Shown here: one piece after another, positions 35,416 to 44,631 of the stretch
How positions within the stretch are numbered: position 1 is the first letter of the stretch
Layout: each line of letters starts with the position of its first letter
Source of the DNA: a virus
Taxonomy: Duplodnaviria; Caudoviricetes
Virus record (IMG/VR): IMGVR_UViG_3300005837_000307
Span: 1-47,908 of that record
Strand: one strand, 5' to 3'
Length of the DNA: 47,908 nt
Program-made: the position numbers and the translations under genes
Notes under the pieces: model-generated
The model's database searches: none
The model's input: only the letters and a program-made list of their open reading frames with translations
What the model was told of the DNA's origin: nothing

Positions 35416-35473
35416 GTTTTTCTCCTTTATTTAATTAGAAACGCGTTTTAATTTTAATTTATATAACTGTCTC

Positions 35474-35504
35474 TATTTATAAATTACTCGATTTGCTATT
35501 TATA
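35474..35504 (-). promoter_or_regulatory. Two tandem T4 late promoters upstream of gp18
   Basis: TATAAATA on the - strand at 35474-35481 and 35497-35504. Confidence 0.8.
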
Positions 35505-35513
35505 TGAGCTTTT

Positions 35514-37109
35514 TCATAGTCGAAGGCCATCATCGTGATAGAAACTGTCGTCATTGTCTCCATCGTCGATAAAACCAAACGGTAACATCTCTTCTTCAAT
35601 TTGCTCTTCTGTTTTTTCCCTGAGCTTTGTTAATGTATTTATGTCAGTCATATCTTTAAAGTATGCCTGCTCGGTCATCCAAGCAAACAAAACTAAGTTC
35701 ATTACTAAATCATCATGAAAACCGGATTCTGCTTCAAATGAGTTTGCTTTCTTAGAAAACCTACTCAATTCTTGTATAGTCTCATAATCTCGTATGAACA
35801 ATTGATCCTGCTCAACGAGCATTTTCAACATAGAACAACCTGTTCCCTTTACGAGTTTTGTTGTTCTTATTCCATTTTCAACGCGTTTTCCGAATCCGCC
35901 ACTAAGTACCTTACCACTCCGCCCAGAGTTTTGTGTATAAAGTAAATTCTCATAACCAAAGTCTATGTGTAAAACATCGACAACTTGTCCGCCGATGTCG
36001 TTAATTTCTACTAAAATACCTGCTTCGTTATATATATTACCACACCTATTTAGCACAGATGCAAAGTCTATTGGACCAATATAATTATCTCTATAAACAG
36101 CGACCTGTCTATATGGCATTTCTGTAATATCAAAAACGGTAAAAGTCGAGTAATCCAAACCTTTACCTCTTGCAACGTCTGCAGTTATTACATAATTTTT
36201 ATCTTTTTCAGGTTTTTCATATTGGACAAAACCTTCGCTTTGAGCAATTGGTGTTTCAGGATATAACTCTTTGAGTTTAGCTCCAGAGATTAATGTACCT
36301 GATGAACCAAGAAACTCGCAACAATATTCTTGATTAAATTTTTCTTGATCGTGGTCTAAAGCCTCAAGTGTTTCTTTTTTCCACCTTTCATCTCGGCCAG
36401 GAACATCATACCACATTACTTCTTGATATTCATAACCATTTGTACCCTCTTTAGCACCTTTACAAGTTTTCCAAAAGTGGTTCAAACCGTTGGGTGTAGA
36501 GGTCATCAGAAGCTTTGTAGACTCACCTGATGAAATGGTTGGGTATACAGAAGCAAAAAACTCATCGTATCCCTCGATAAACGCAACCTCATCTAGATAT
36601 AGGAAGTTTACAGATTTACCACGAATAGCGCTTGATGATGTAGTACCAGCTAATACTTGGCACCCATTTTCTAATGCTATATTACCTTTATTCCACTCCT
36701 CGATGCCCTGCTGTAACCATTTCGGTAGTGCTTCATATGCTAACTTAACTCTAGCCATAACCTCCCTTGAGGCATCTCCTTTGTTTGCAAGGATTGCTAC
36801 AGTTTTAAATTCGTTGAATAAGATATAATGTAGTATAACCGCCACTGCTGTTGTGGTCTTACCTGACTGGCGAGCTGTTAAAACCGCTACTCTTCTTTCT
36901 TTAAAAATCTTATCACAAATCTCTTTTTGATAATCGTACATATCAAAAGGAACTAATCCTCGGTCAACATGTACAATCTTAATATAATTCTTTGCAAAGT
37001 AAATAGGATCTTCAGCGCACTTCATATACTCTTTAAGAAGCTCGGGAGTCCATTCAATCTGCTCCTGAACTTTTTTAAGGTGCGAGTTACCTAGATATCC
37101 ATCACCCAT
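35514..37109 (-). CDS. gp17: Terminase large subunit gp17
   Basis: YLGN..LK, RQSGKTT, LPKWLQQG..EWNKG.I.LENG, YLDE.AF, STPNGLNHF, DVARG.G.DYS, HDDLVM. Confidence 0.97.
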   Translation of the reverse strand: MGDGYLGNSHLKKVQEQIEWTPELLKEYMKCAEDPIYFAKNYIKIVHVDRGLVPFDMYDYQKEICDKIFKERRVAVLTARQSGKTTTAVAVILHYILFNEFKTVAILANKGDASREVMARVKLAYEALPKWLQQGIEEWNKGNIALENGCQVLAGTTSSSAIRGKSVNFLYLDEVAFIEGYDEFFASVYPTISSGESTKLLMTSTPNGLNHFWKTCKGAKEGTNGYEYQEVMWYDVPGRDERWKKETLEALDHDQEKFNQEYCCEFLGSSGTLISGAKLKELYPETPIAQSEGFVQYEKPEKDKNYVITADVARGKGLDYSTFTVFDITEMPYRQVAVYRDNYIGPIDFASVLNRCGNIYNEAGILVEINDIGGQVVDVLHIDFGYENLLYTQNSGRSGKVLSGGFGKRVENGIRTTKLVKGTGCSMLKMLVEQDQLFIRDYETIQELSRFSKKANSFEAESGFHDDLVMNLVLFAWMTEQAYFKDMTDINTLTKLREKTEEQIEEEMLPFGFIDDGDNDDSFYHDDGLRL

Positions 37110-37599
37110 CGATCACATCCTTATCGTTGTCTTGCTCTTTCAACATTCTTAAAAGATCTGATGTTGATACGATGAGATTATTGTTTGTAACTGTGTTACC
37201 ACCCGCATTTTCTTTCGGGTCATTTATTTCTTCTTTAGCGAATCTTTTCTTGGTAGAAATATCGGCGTAATCTTTGTTTGCATCAAGTAATGTTTTCATC
37301 AAAGTAGAAACAACTTCAAATGCTCGAGGTTGTTCTGATTGCTTTGCGATTTCTAACATTTCTTGCATTGCATCTTTACCAGTTTCTATAACATCTGCTA
37401 CATTACTTCGTACAGCTTCAATATCTTCTAAGTTTTCTTTTTCAACATCAGTAAGAACAGCAGGCAATTGAGGTGATACTTCAGCAACCGCGGTGTTATC
37501 CTTTGGTATTACTGTAGGTACTTGCTCTTGCTTTTCATTATCATCTATTTCTGACATTGGCCTTATGCCAAGTGCAGAAGAAATCTTTTCGTCGCTCAT
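37102..37599 (-). CDS. gp16: Terminase small subunit gp16
   Basis: A..SE.PRAFEV...L.K...D.N and T.NN...STS.L; upstream of gp17. Confidence 0.9.
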   Translation of the reverse strand: MSDEKISSALGIRPMSEIDDNEKQEQVPTVIPKDNTAVAEVSPQLPAVLTDVEKENLEDIEAVRSNVADVIETGKDAMQEMLEIAKQSEQPRAFEVVSTLMKTLLDANKDYADISTKKRFAKEEINDPKENAGGNTVTNNNLIVSTSDLLRMLKEQDNDKDVIDG

Positions 37600-39689
37600 T
37601 ATTCATCCTCAAATATTGTAATAATACCCCAGTCGTCATCAAATTCAATTTGTGTATACGGAACTGATGTTGCTGCCGGTCCTCCAATTATAACTGAAGG
37701 AGTTGTTCGGTAGCCAGAACCAGGGTTAGTTACGTTTACTGTACTTGCTTGTCCTGTCGCATCAATTACAACTTCAGCAGTTGCTTGACTTGAAACAACT
37801 GAATCAATAGTAACATTCGCAGTCGAATAGAACTTACCATTATTATTTATGGTAATTGAATCTACTCCCCCGCCCACAAGTACTGCGGTTGCGTCAGCTT
37901 GGAATGATGCTGGTACATCATCTGGAGCAGATATAGTAAATACGGTATTGGCGTCATAATTAGACCCAGGATTTGTGATTGTAATAGAAGATACTTCTCC
38001 ATCTACAACTACAGCATCAGCTGCTGCGTTATCCTTATCAAAGTTTCCAGTATAATCTTCGCCACTAGTTGCTTCGGTCGGTACAGAATAACTTCCTGCT
38101 GGAGTTAAAGTAGTACGAGTACTTAATGTTATGTTATCTAAAGCACCGAGGAAACTCTTCTCAGAACCAGATCTTGCGCCAGCATTAATAGTTGCACCAC
38201 CGCCAAGAATAAATCCTTGTGGAGCAGAACCACCTGCATCTGCTACACCATTAACACACCATCGAGCAGTAGCACCAACGTGTTCAATACGACAATGGTT
38301 CCATTGATTTAAAACTAATTGTTCGTTTGATCTTACTGGAACTGCGTTAAAGTTAGGTCTATAAACCGCTTCGCCATCTGCTTCCAATTCTATTCTCATT
38401 GTTGTACCATCAAAGTGTATTACATGAGAATCAGAAGCATTAAATTCTGTTGGATATATCCAAAAATCTATTTCAAAACCACTACCTGCTGTAACAAGAT
38501 TAATTCCAGTTGTATGCAAGAATGTTACGTCAGAGTGATCTCCGTGGAATAAAGCATCGTCTCCAAATTGAACATAAGGAGATTTAGCAGGAGCCTCAGA
38601 GATGCCTATTGTAGCTGAATTATAGTATCTACCGCCATTATCTACATTAATTGCAGTGATTTCACCCTCAGAACCGAGTACCTGAGACACTGTAGCGGCT
38701 TCTGAAGGTAGGTCTGGTAAGCTAATAGAGATATTTGGCGGTGAAGAATAGTGCCCGCCTGCCTCATTTACTACAATAGAACTAATAGATCCGTTAGTAA
38801 TTACTGGAGAAATATCTGCATCTAGAGGATCTGGAGCGCCAATAGTTATTGATATATCGTTGTTAGCGTCGTAGTTTTCGCCGTCATTTGTAATGCTGAT
38901 AGCGCCGACTGTACCATTATCAAGAATGGCTTGAGCTGTTGCTATTTCGCCATCTTCAGTAAGAGGATTACCATTTGAATCCAATCCTGGTTTAATAGTA
39001 ACACCTTCTTGTCGAGGAGCGTCAGTTCTGCTATCGGCCATCATATCAATATCAACAAACTTAATTACTTTTTGTTTCTTCTCTGGACCAAAATACCAAC
39101 CTTTTAATGTGAAGGTAAGTGTGTATAGAACAGTTTGTCGTGATTCATAATCGCCTTCGTAAAGGTCTTCAGTAGTAACCGAGTTCAATACAATTGGAAT
39201 GTCGATAGGATCTAAATCGTTAACCATCTTTGCGGTAACGGTCCAATCAGGTGTAAAGAACGGAATGATTTGTTCCATAATCTTTGTAGCATCTTCACTG
39301 TATTTTGTCATAATATACAAAGAAAATTCTACGTTATATGGTACTGCGCTGTGTACAAAGTTGCGAGCTGATTCTGTTTCTGCTTTTGCGGTCTTAACCA
39401 TCTTTTGAGTTGAACCAATCTTCCTTTGTGGATCATAGTTCAAACTCGTAATCTCGAACGACATACGAGGTAAAGTCATTGCAGTTCTTCTACTATTCAG
39501 TAGGTCAGGATCGTCACGTAATCTTGAAAGAACTTTTTGAGCTGGAGCATAAGACAACGGTACAATCATCGATTGTACTTTAGTGCCGGCATTATTTGAT
39601 CTTTCGATCTTTATTTGATTAAATAAAGTACCAAACAACGCCACGTATCTTCGTGTAGTTTCGTTGTAAAAGTAATTTGCAATCGCCAT
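37599..39689 (-). CDS. gp15: Tail sheath terminator gp15 with a large C-terminal insertion (beta-repeats plus LamG-like domain)
   Basis: YFY....R.Y...FG.LFN.I.I.R, VPL.YAP.QK, TLPRMSFE, I.EQI.PFF.P, D.PI.LNSV..ED.YEG; 696 aa versus about 270 aa in T4. Confidence 0.9.
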   Translation of the reverse strand: MAIANYFYNETTRRYVALFGTLFNQIKIERSNNAGTKVQSMIVPLSYAPAQKVLSRLRDDPDLLNSRRTAMTLPRMSFEITSLNYDPQRKIGSTQKMVKTAKAETESARNFVHSAVPYNVEFSLYIMTKYSEDATKIMEQIIPFFTPDWTVTAKMVNDLDPIDIPIVLNSVTTEDLYEGDYESRQTVLYTLTFTLKGWYFGPEKKQKVIKFVDIDMMADSRTDAPRQEGVTIKPGLDSNGNPLTEDGEIATAQAILDNGTVGAISITNDGENYDANNDISITIGAPDPLDADISPVITNGSISSIVVNEAGGHYSSPPNISISLPDLPSEAATVSQVLGSEGEITAINVDNGGRYYNSATIGISEAPAKSPYVQFGDDALFHGDHSDVTFLHTTGINLVTAGSGFEIDFWIYPTEFNASDSHVIHFDGTTMRIELEADGEAVYRPNFNAVPVRSNEQLVLNQWNHCRIEHVGATARWCVNGVADAGGSAPQGFILGGGATINAGARSGSEKSFLGALDNITLSTRTTLTPAGSYSVPTEATSGEDYTGNFDKDNAAADAVVVDGEVSSITITNPGSNYDANTVFTISAPDDVPASFQADATAVLVGGGVDSITINNNGKFYSTANVTIDSVVSSQATAEVVIDATGQASTVNVTNPGSGYRTTPSVIIGGPAATSVPYTQIEFDDDWGIITIFEDE

Positions 39690-39690
39690 T

Positions 39691-40371
39691 CTATGAATCC
39701 TCTATCGTAAGATTTTCACTAAATGGATCAAGCTCAGAGAAATCTAATATATCGTCTGCTAGTTTTTCAAACTCGAAGTTTTGAGCAATAGGATCATTAT
39801 TAGCAACATCTTCAAGTGTTTGTACAACATCATCTGTTGACTTAATATCATCGAAGTAATGGTCAATTTCATATCGACCAGTGTCGAACCTTTCGTTAGA
39901 GTATTCCATAAGTTCGCACTTAATATCATAAACCTGTAATGCACCAGATTGATAGAATACACTCTCATGTTCTACATATGTAATGCGATACATCTTTTGA
40001 TTCAGTGGCAACCAAATAATATCGTTTTCTCTTGGACGTACTTTTTCTGTATCTTTACGAGTAACATATCTTTCAAATGTTCGTATAGCAACTGTGAATG
40101 TAACCTGATCGCGAATTTGTAGACCAAACTTAGATAAGAAATCACCCTCACCTTCAAATCCATCTACATTTTTAACATATACTTCAAAGCCGTACATCTC
40201 GTTATATAGAGGTGTATCGTCTTCGTTAAAGACTGCATCGACATTGTTAAATTGACCACTAAGGTATTTAACATCAACGCCATACATTTTAATTGATTCT
40301 ATTACTAGGTCATCAATTAAGTTCTGCTCGTTGAAATTGTCGTAATTTCTAAAGTATGCATTCGTTGCCAT
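39691..40371 (-). CDS. gp14: Neck protein gp14
   Basis: EQNLI.DLV.ESIKMYG, GFEG.GDFLSKFGLQIRD, RP.E.D.I..P, I.YVEHE..FYQ.G, DFSE.DPF. Confidence 0.93.
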   Translation of the reverse strand: MATNAYFRNYDNFNEQNLIDDLVIESIKMYGVDVKYLSGQFNNVDAVFNEDDTPLYNEMYGFEVYVKNVDGFEGEGDFLSKFGLQIRDQVTFTVAIRTFERYVTRKDTEKVRPRENDIIWLPLNQKMYRITYVEHESVFYQSGALQVYDIKCELMEYSNERFDTGRYEIDHYFDDIKSTDDVVQTLEDVANNDPIAQNFEFEKLADDILDFSELDPFSENLTIEDS

Positions 40372-40374
40372 TTT

Positions 40375-41118
40375 TTATCCAATGAAATTATACGTGAGAG
40401 GTTGAAGAGACCGGATTGCTTCTTCTTCCATTTTTTCTCTTTCAGCTCTTGCTTCCTGTAGAATTTGTTCTCCATTAAAAGTAACGCCACCAACTAACTG
40501 CATGTTACTAAATTTAGTGAGGTTTAAACCCCATTGTTCTCTAATTAAAACCGTAGCATAGTTTTGTAACCAACGATCTCCAAACACGTCAGGATAAGCA
40601 TCTTCATCAACAACATCGTATGCTTCAACAATAATATACTTACCTTCACGTAAAGATGCTTCACCAGCATCGATGTGAACTCTATTCACGTGTTTGTTAT
40701 AACGAATAATCGGTTTACCTACAAGCCATTCTTGTAAGAAAGTTAAATGAGACATCGTCATGTAGTAGTTTTGAATTGTATATCCTGTAAGATCATTCAA
40801 GTTATTTAAAACGAATTGATAGTTTACGTTGAATATACCACTACCAGTTGAAATAGAAGTATCGAGTGGGAATATTCTTGAGATACCGAGAAGTCCTTCT
40901 GGTAATTGAACATATCCATTTTCTACGTCTTCGGCTGTGAGTTGGTGTTTAAGGTATACTAATTGGCTACCGTTGTAATGATAATCTCTCCAAAAAGATA
41001 CAGCCTCATCTACACGATCTTCAACCTGTTCATCAGAAACGTTAATGTCGATGACTGGTGCACCGATCTTTCTTAAACAATAATCTTTAAATTCTTCTCT
41101 TGATTGTGGTTGTGCCAT
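40375..41118 (-). CDS. gp13: Neck protein gp13
   Basis: SR.E.K.YCLR..GAPVI.INV...Q.EDR.DEA, W...YAT.LI..QWG.NL.KF....L.GGVT.NG. Confidence 0.95.
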   Translation of the reverse strand: MAQPQSREEFKDYCLRKIGAPVIDINVSDEQVEDRVDEAVSFWRDYHYNGSQLVYLKHQLTAEDVENGYVQLPEGLLGISRIFPLDTSISTGSGIFNVNYQFVLNNLNDLTGYTIQNYYMTMSHLTFLQEWLVGKPIIRYNKHVNRVHIDAGEASLREGKYIIVEAYDVVDEDAYPDVFGDRWLQNYATVLIREQWGLNLTKFSNMQLVGGVTFNGEQILQEARAEREKMEEEAIRSLQPLTYNFIG

Positions 41119-41130
41119 TGTATTTTTCCT

Positions 41131-41463
41131 TTAAGCCAATTCGTCTTTAACGATTACTTTGATGTAACCAGTGTTTGGGAAAGTTTCGATTTGACCATTA
41201 TTATATGTTATTTGGAACTCAGCACTATGAATGCCGGTGTTTGAAGTATCACCCGCTTGCCATTCGTATGCAACGATTCCTTTTGCAGGATTTTTAATAG
41301 TTCCAACACCATCAGTAACGAGCGCGTTACCGTTTTCGTCCTTCATGTGAAACACGACTGCAGAAGCATTAGCCATAGATTTAGTTCTACCGTTAGAATC
41401 TGTAAGGCCTGCTTCAATAGACGGTGCAGTATCGTTTTGTTTTATGTAAAAGCTAGCCGCCAT
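41131..41463 (-). CDS. BppU N-terminal-like Ig-fold virion protein
   Basis: F.IKQNDT.P...A.L, G.V.Y.W..GDT...G...AEF..TY..G..ETFPN.GYI.V. Confidence 0.75.
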   Translation of the reverse strand: MAASFYIKQNDTAPSIEAGLTDSNGRTKSMANASAVVFHMKDENGNALVTDGVGTIKNPAKGIVAYEWQAGDTSNTGIHSAEFQITYNNGQIETFPNTGYIKVIVKDELA

Positions 41464-41515
41464 TTGTTTATCTCCGAGTTTTACTTTTATTTATTAGATA
41501 TTTATTAAAAGTAAA

Positions 41516-42103
41516 CTATGTCTGTAGAATCTCAGCTTTCGATATTCCGTTGTTGAGTAATTTAATTCCGTTTGATGGATTGATCACATTTGTTGCGTTT
41601 TTGTCAATTCCATCAAAAGAAACGTAGTTTCCACCAGTTTTTGAGTATTCTCTAGTGGATATATTATAACCTAGGCTTTCAATATCAAATGAATAAGTAC
41701 CCGTACCGTCACCTAATGAGAATATATAGATGTTTGTATCGAGGTTAAAGTCTAGTGTAGGATTAAAGTTTGCGTGGGTTGTAACGTAACCAGTTGAATT
41801 TGCTGTATAGTCAAATAGTACATTGTTTGCAACTGAGAGGTATCTTTGATCGCCAAACTCGATAAAGCTGTACGATGAAAAATCAAAGCCAACTTCTGCC
41901 GTAGCATAAATTGTAGGTGTTTCAACGCCGCCACTAAAGCTAAAGTCAATAGTAACGGGCTCGATTTCTCCATAAACTGGAACGACGCCATCAAATACAA
42001 AAGAAGTACCAATTAAACCTGATACTTCTCCAGATACTTGAACGGCACCCCCGCCAAAATATGTAAAATCTACTGTTGTTGAAACCGCACCATTTGCAGA
42101 CAT
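41516..42103 (-). CDS. Hypothetical beta-rich virion protein
   Basis: F/Y/S/G-rich 195-aa ORF in the late operon. Confidence 0.65.
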   Translation of the reverse strand: MSANGAVSTTVDFTYFGGGAVQVSGEVSGLIGTSFVFDGVVPVYGEIEPVTIDFSFSGGVETPTIYATAEVGFDFSSYSFIEFGDQRYLSVANNVLFDYTANSTGYVTTHANFNPTLDFNLDTNIYIFSLGDGTGTYSFDIESLGYNISTREYSKTGGNYVSFDGIDKNATNVINPSNGIKLLNNGISKAEILQT

Positions 42104-42125
42104 GTGGCTTTACCTTTTGTTAAGA

Positions 42126-42536
42126 TTAAGCCCCACCAGCAGTGATCGTAAATGTGGTTATATTAATTTGCTGACCAGTCGCGATGTTTGTATTATCCAA
42201 TTGCATGTCTCCACCAGCACCTGTAGCACTAATAGAACCTTGCATATGGCATTCTGTGCCAGCGTTGTTGTGCAATCTGAAATAACCAGCAGTACCAGAA
42301 TCATCAGCTGACAAGTCTTGCCAAGTGCCAGATAAAGCAATAGAACCATTGGTTGCAGTGCCTAACCAGTCGCTAGGTAGTACCATAGTTGCTAAAACTG
42401 TTCCTGTGTTAGCTGTTGCTGCATCGGCGGGTTTTGAGCCAGTTGAAATAGTTAAGATAGGGTTTAGACCAACTTCTGTTTCGATCGCGGCTAGGGTAGC
42501 GTTTCTTGCTGCTACTGATAACTGAAAAGCCATCAT
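42126..42536 (-). CDS. Putative virion structural protein
   Basis: RNA.L.AI, L.I.TG..PA..A.A..G..LA...L, D..AD..GTA..FR and G.G.D..L.NT.I..GQ...IT.FT.T, a widespread phage structural family. Confidence 0.8.
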   Translation of the reverse strand: MMAFQLSVAARNATLAAIETEVGLNPILTISTGSKPADAATANTGTVLATMVLPSDWLGTATNGSIALSGTWQDLSADDSGTAGYFRLHNNAGTECHMQGSISATGAGGDMQLDNTNIATGQQINITTFTITAGGA

Positions 42537-42567
42537 CGTCTCCTTTGTTTATAGATTAATTTATAGG

Positions 42568-42575
42568 TATTTATA
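42568..42575 (-). promoter_or_regulatory. T4 late promoter
   Basis: TATAAATA on the - strand upstream of 42536. Confidence 0.8.
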
Positions 42576-42613
42576 AAAAAACAGTTGACAAGCTTTAGGA
42601 GTGGTGGTATAAT
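42575..42613 (+). promoter_or_regulatory. Orphan sigma70-type promoter, antisense to the late region
   Basis: AAAAAAACAG-TTGACA(42585)-N17-TATAAT(42608) with extended TG; same UP motif as the early promoters. Confidence 0.8.
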
Positions 42614-42636
42614 AAGGTTATGACCTTTAAACAATA

Positions 42637-43401
42637 TTAAGATCTTCTTTCTATATCTTCTTCAGATAATTCGTATCCCATCCAAACTTCAATCACTTTT
42701 ACAGGACAATTGCCAACATTTGTTGCTTTATGCCATGTATTTATTGGAATGTCGATACTGGAACCAACTTTATGTATTTTAGATTCGGTAGTTCCGTCGT
42801 CGAACTCAAGAACCATCTCAAGTTGACCATCTACGATGTGCCAATGCTCAGATCTTTTAAAGTGTCTCTGATCTGATAAAGACTTACCCACATCAATAGA
42901 CAATTCTTTTACTTTCCAATGGCCGTTCGCGTCTAGATTTCTATACTTTCCCCATAATCTTTGAGTAGTAGGCTTATCCCATTCTTTTAAAATCCAAGAT
43001 GAGCTGTTCTTTTTATCATTGCCGCCTACACCAAATTTAAATTCTACTTGATCTCCACCGTGAAACATTTCTGGAATATTACCGATTCTGCGATCTCCAC
43101 CGTTTGCAAAAACGACTTGAGTACCACGAGGGACAGAATGTTTTACATATTCAATAGCATTAATAGCAGAATCATCATCGTCATTAAAAGAGAATACGTG
43201 ACCTACACAACCAATCTCTTTTATAATTGCCATTCTTTCTTCGAGTGGCATAAACGGTCTGCCTTTCTTGCGAGTTAACCATTCATCAGAATTTACACCA
43301 ACATATAGAATAGTGCCAAGTTCTTTTGCTGCTTTCATATATGCGATATGACCCGAATGAATCGGATCAAACCCACCAGTAATCAATACTGCTCTCATCA
43401 T
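42637..43401 (-). CDS. Bifunctional cytidylyltransferase (RfaE/TagD-like) plus cupin (mannose-6-phosphate isomerase type II C-terminal-like)
   Basis: TGGFDPIHSGH, GVNSD.WL.RKKG.PFM...ER, FANGGDR, K.NSSS; R.WG.Y, LS.QRH..RSEHW, I.IP...WH...N, IEVW.G..L.E.DIER; GGAG SD favours a start at 43401. Confidence 0.9.
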   Translation of the reverse strand: MMRAVLITGGFDPIHSGHIAYMKAAKELGTILYVGVNSDEWLTRKKGRPFMPLEERMAIIKEIGCVGHVFSFNDDDDSAINAIEYVKHSVPRGTQVVFANGGDRRIGNIPEMFHGGDQVEFKFGVGGNDKKNSSSWILKEWDKPTTQRLWGKYRNLDANGHWKVKELSIDVGKSLSDQRHFKRSEHWHIVDGQLEMVLEFDDGTTESKIHKVGSSIDIPINTWHKATNVGNCPVKVIEVWMGYELSEEDIERRS

Positions 43402-44627
43402 AGTTTCTCCATCATATAATCCCAAGCGAAATTAGTTTTGTTATTAGATCTCATGTGTTGCTTACGATTAGCGTGCATTGGATGTACCCACCAATCTTCG
43501 TAGTTTTGGCTATTATCTACTGCAACATCACTTACTAATAATATATATCCAATTTCTTGTAGCTTCTTTCGAGACTCTTCTCTAAACTGTTCACCCCACC
43601 AGCATGCGTTATGTTGGAATTGAATAATACCAAACTCGTGTTTATCGAAAGGCATATTATTCAAAGCTGCTATTGAAGCACCCTCAGCGTTAATTCTTAA
43701 AAAGTCAATGTGTTCTTCTAAACAGTGTTGCTTAAATAAACCATCAAAATGAGAAGTAGCGGCATCTGCTAAAACCATTGTTGTATTTCTTTCTCTTGAG
43801 AATATATGAGCAAATCTTTCTGAATTATCGAGTGATACACCTTTCCAGCCAAACTCTTCTTCTAATAGTTTTGTATTATTAAATAGTGTTGGGTGACCCG
43901 AACCAATTTCTACAAATGTACCATTGCGCTTACCATCCAATACAGACAATACAAATATGTCTTGGAAGTGTCGTGCGTAGTTTGTTTCGATCTGATCAAA
44001 TCCTAAGAATTGATATTTCAATCTCCATGATACATCTTGTGTATATGGTAATGTGCTTGGATAGCCGTGTTCTCCCAGTAATGCAGTTGCTTCTTTATAA
44101 TCCGATGCTTTGAGTTTATTTTTGTGTAGCATATCAAATGCTAAGTTTTTAGAATCATCTCTACCATCGGTTTTCCATTTAGCTCTTGCATATAAAAGCT
44201 GTACAGCATTATCTCCAGGATATGGTAGATCTTTGTCAGGAGCTTTTTCGCCTAAATGTGTAGTACCAATCTTTGAATACATTAGACATTCACGCCAATC
44301 TTGCCTTTCTTGTTTTTCTTTTGCAAGAAAGTAATAGGCTTCTGGTCTTTCAGGTAATGTTTCAATAGCAATTTTAAGAAATCCTTCAACACTTAAATTA
44401 CGATTCTTATTTCTTTTATAAATGAAAGCAGAAAAGATCATTGACTTATATTGAAGCCATTTTTCTTCGTAAGTTTTTCCTGGTGACATATCGGCCGCGC
44501 GCAAGTAAAAACTAAATGCGCCTGAACCTTGTTCTAATCTGTCGTATTCTCGAGCGAGGGCATAGATCTTATCAGGATTATCATAATCTAATACTACATC
44601 ATTTAAAAGTTGCATATTCATTTTCAT
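43398..44627 (-). CDS. TPR-domain plus FkbM-like SAM methyltransferase-fold protein
   Basis: N-terminal TPR helices (P.RPEAYY.LA); QD.FVL..L..KRNGTFVEIG......NNT.LLE...GW.G, IDFL..., F..I..H, EDWW.HP. Confidence 0.75.
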   Translation of the reverse strand: MKMNMQLLNDVVLDYDNPDKIYALAREYDRLEQGSGAFSFYLRAADMSPGKTYEEKWLQYKSMIFSAFIYKRNKNRNLSVEGFLKIAIETLPERPEAYYFLAKEKQERQDWRECLMYSKIGTTHLGEKAPDKDLPYPGDNAVQLLYARAKWKTDGRDDSKNLAFDMLHKNKLKASDYKEATALLGEHGYPSTLPYTQDVSWRLKYQFLGFDQIETNYARHFQDIFVLSVLDGKRNGTFVEIGSGHPTLFNNTKLLEEEFGWKGVSLDNSERFAHIFSRERNTTMVLADAATSHFDGLFKQHCLEEHIDFLRINAEGASIAALNNMPFDKHEFGIIQFQHNACWWGEQFREESRKKLQEIGYILLVSDVAVDNSQNYEDWWVHPMHANRKQHMRSNNKTNFAWDYMMEKL

Positions 44628-44631
44628 ACGA

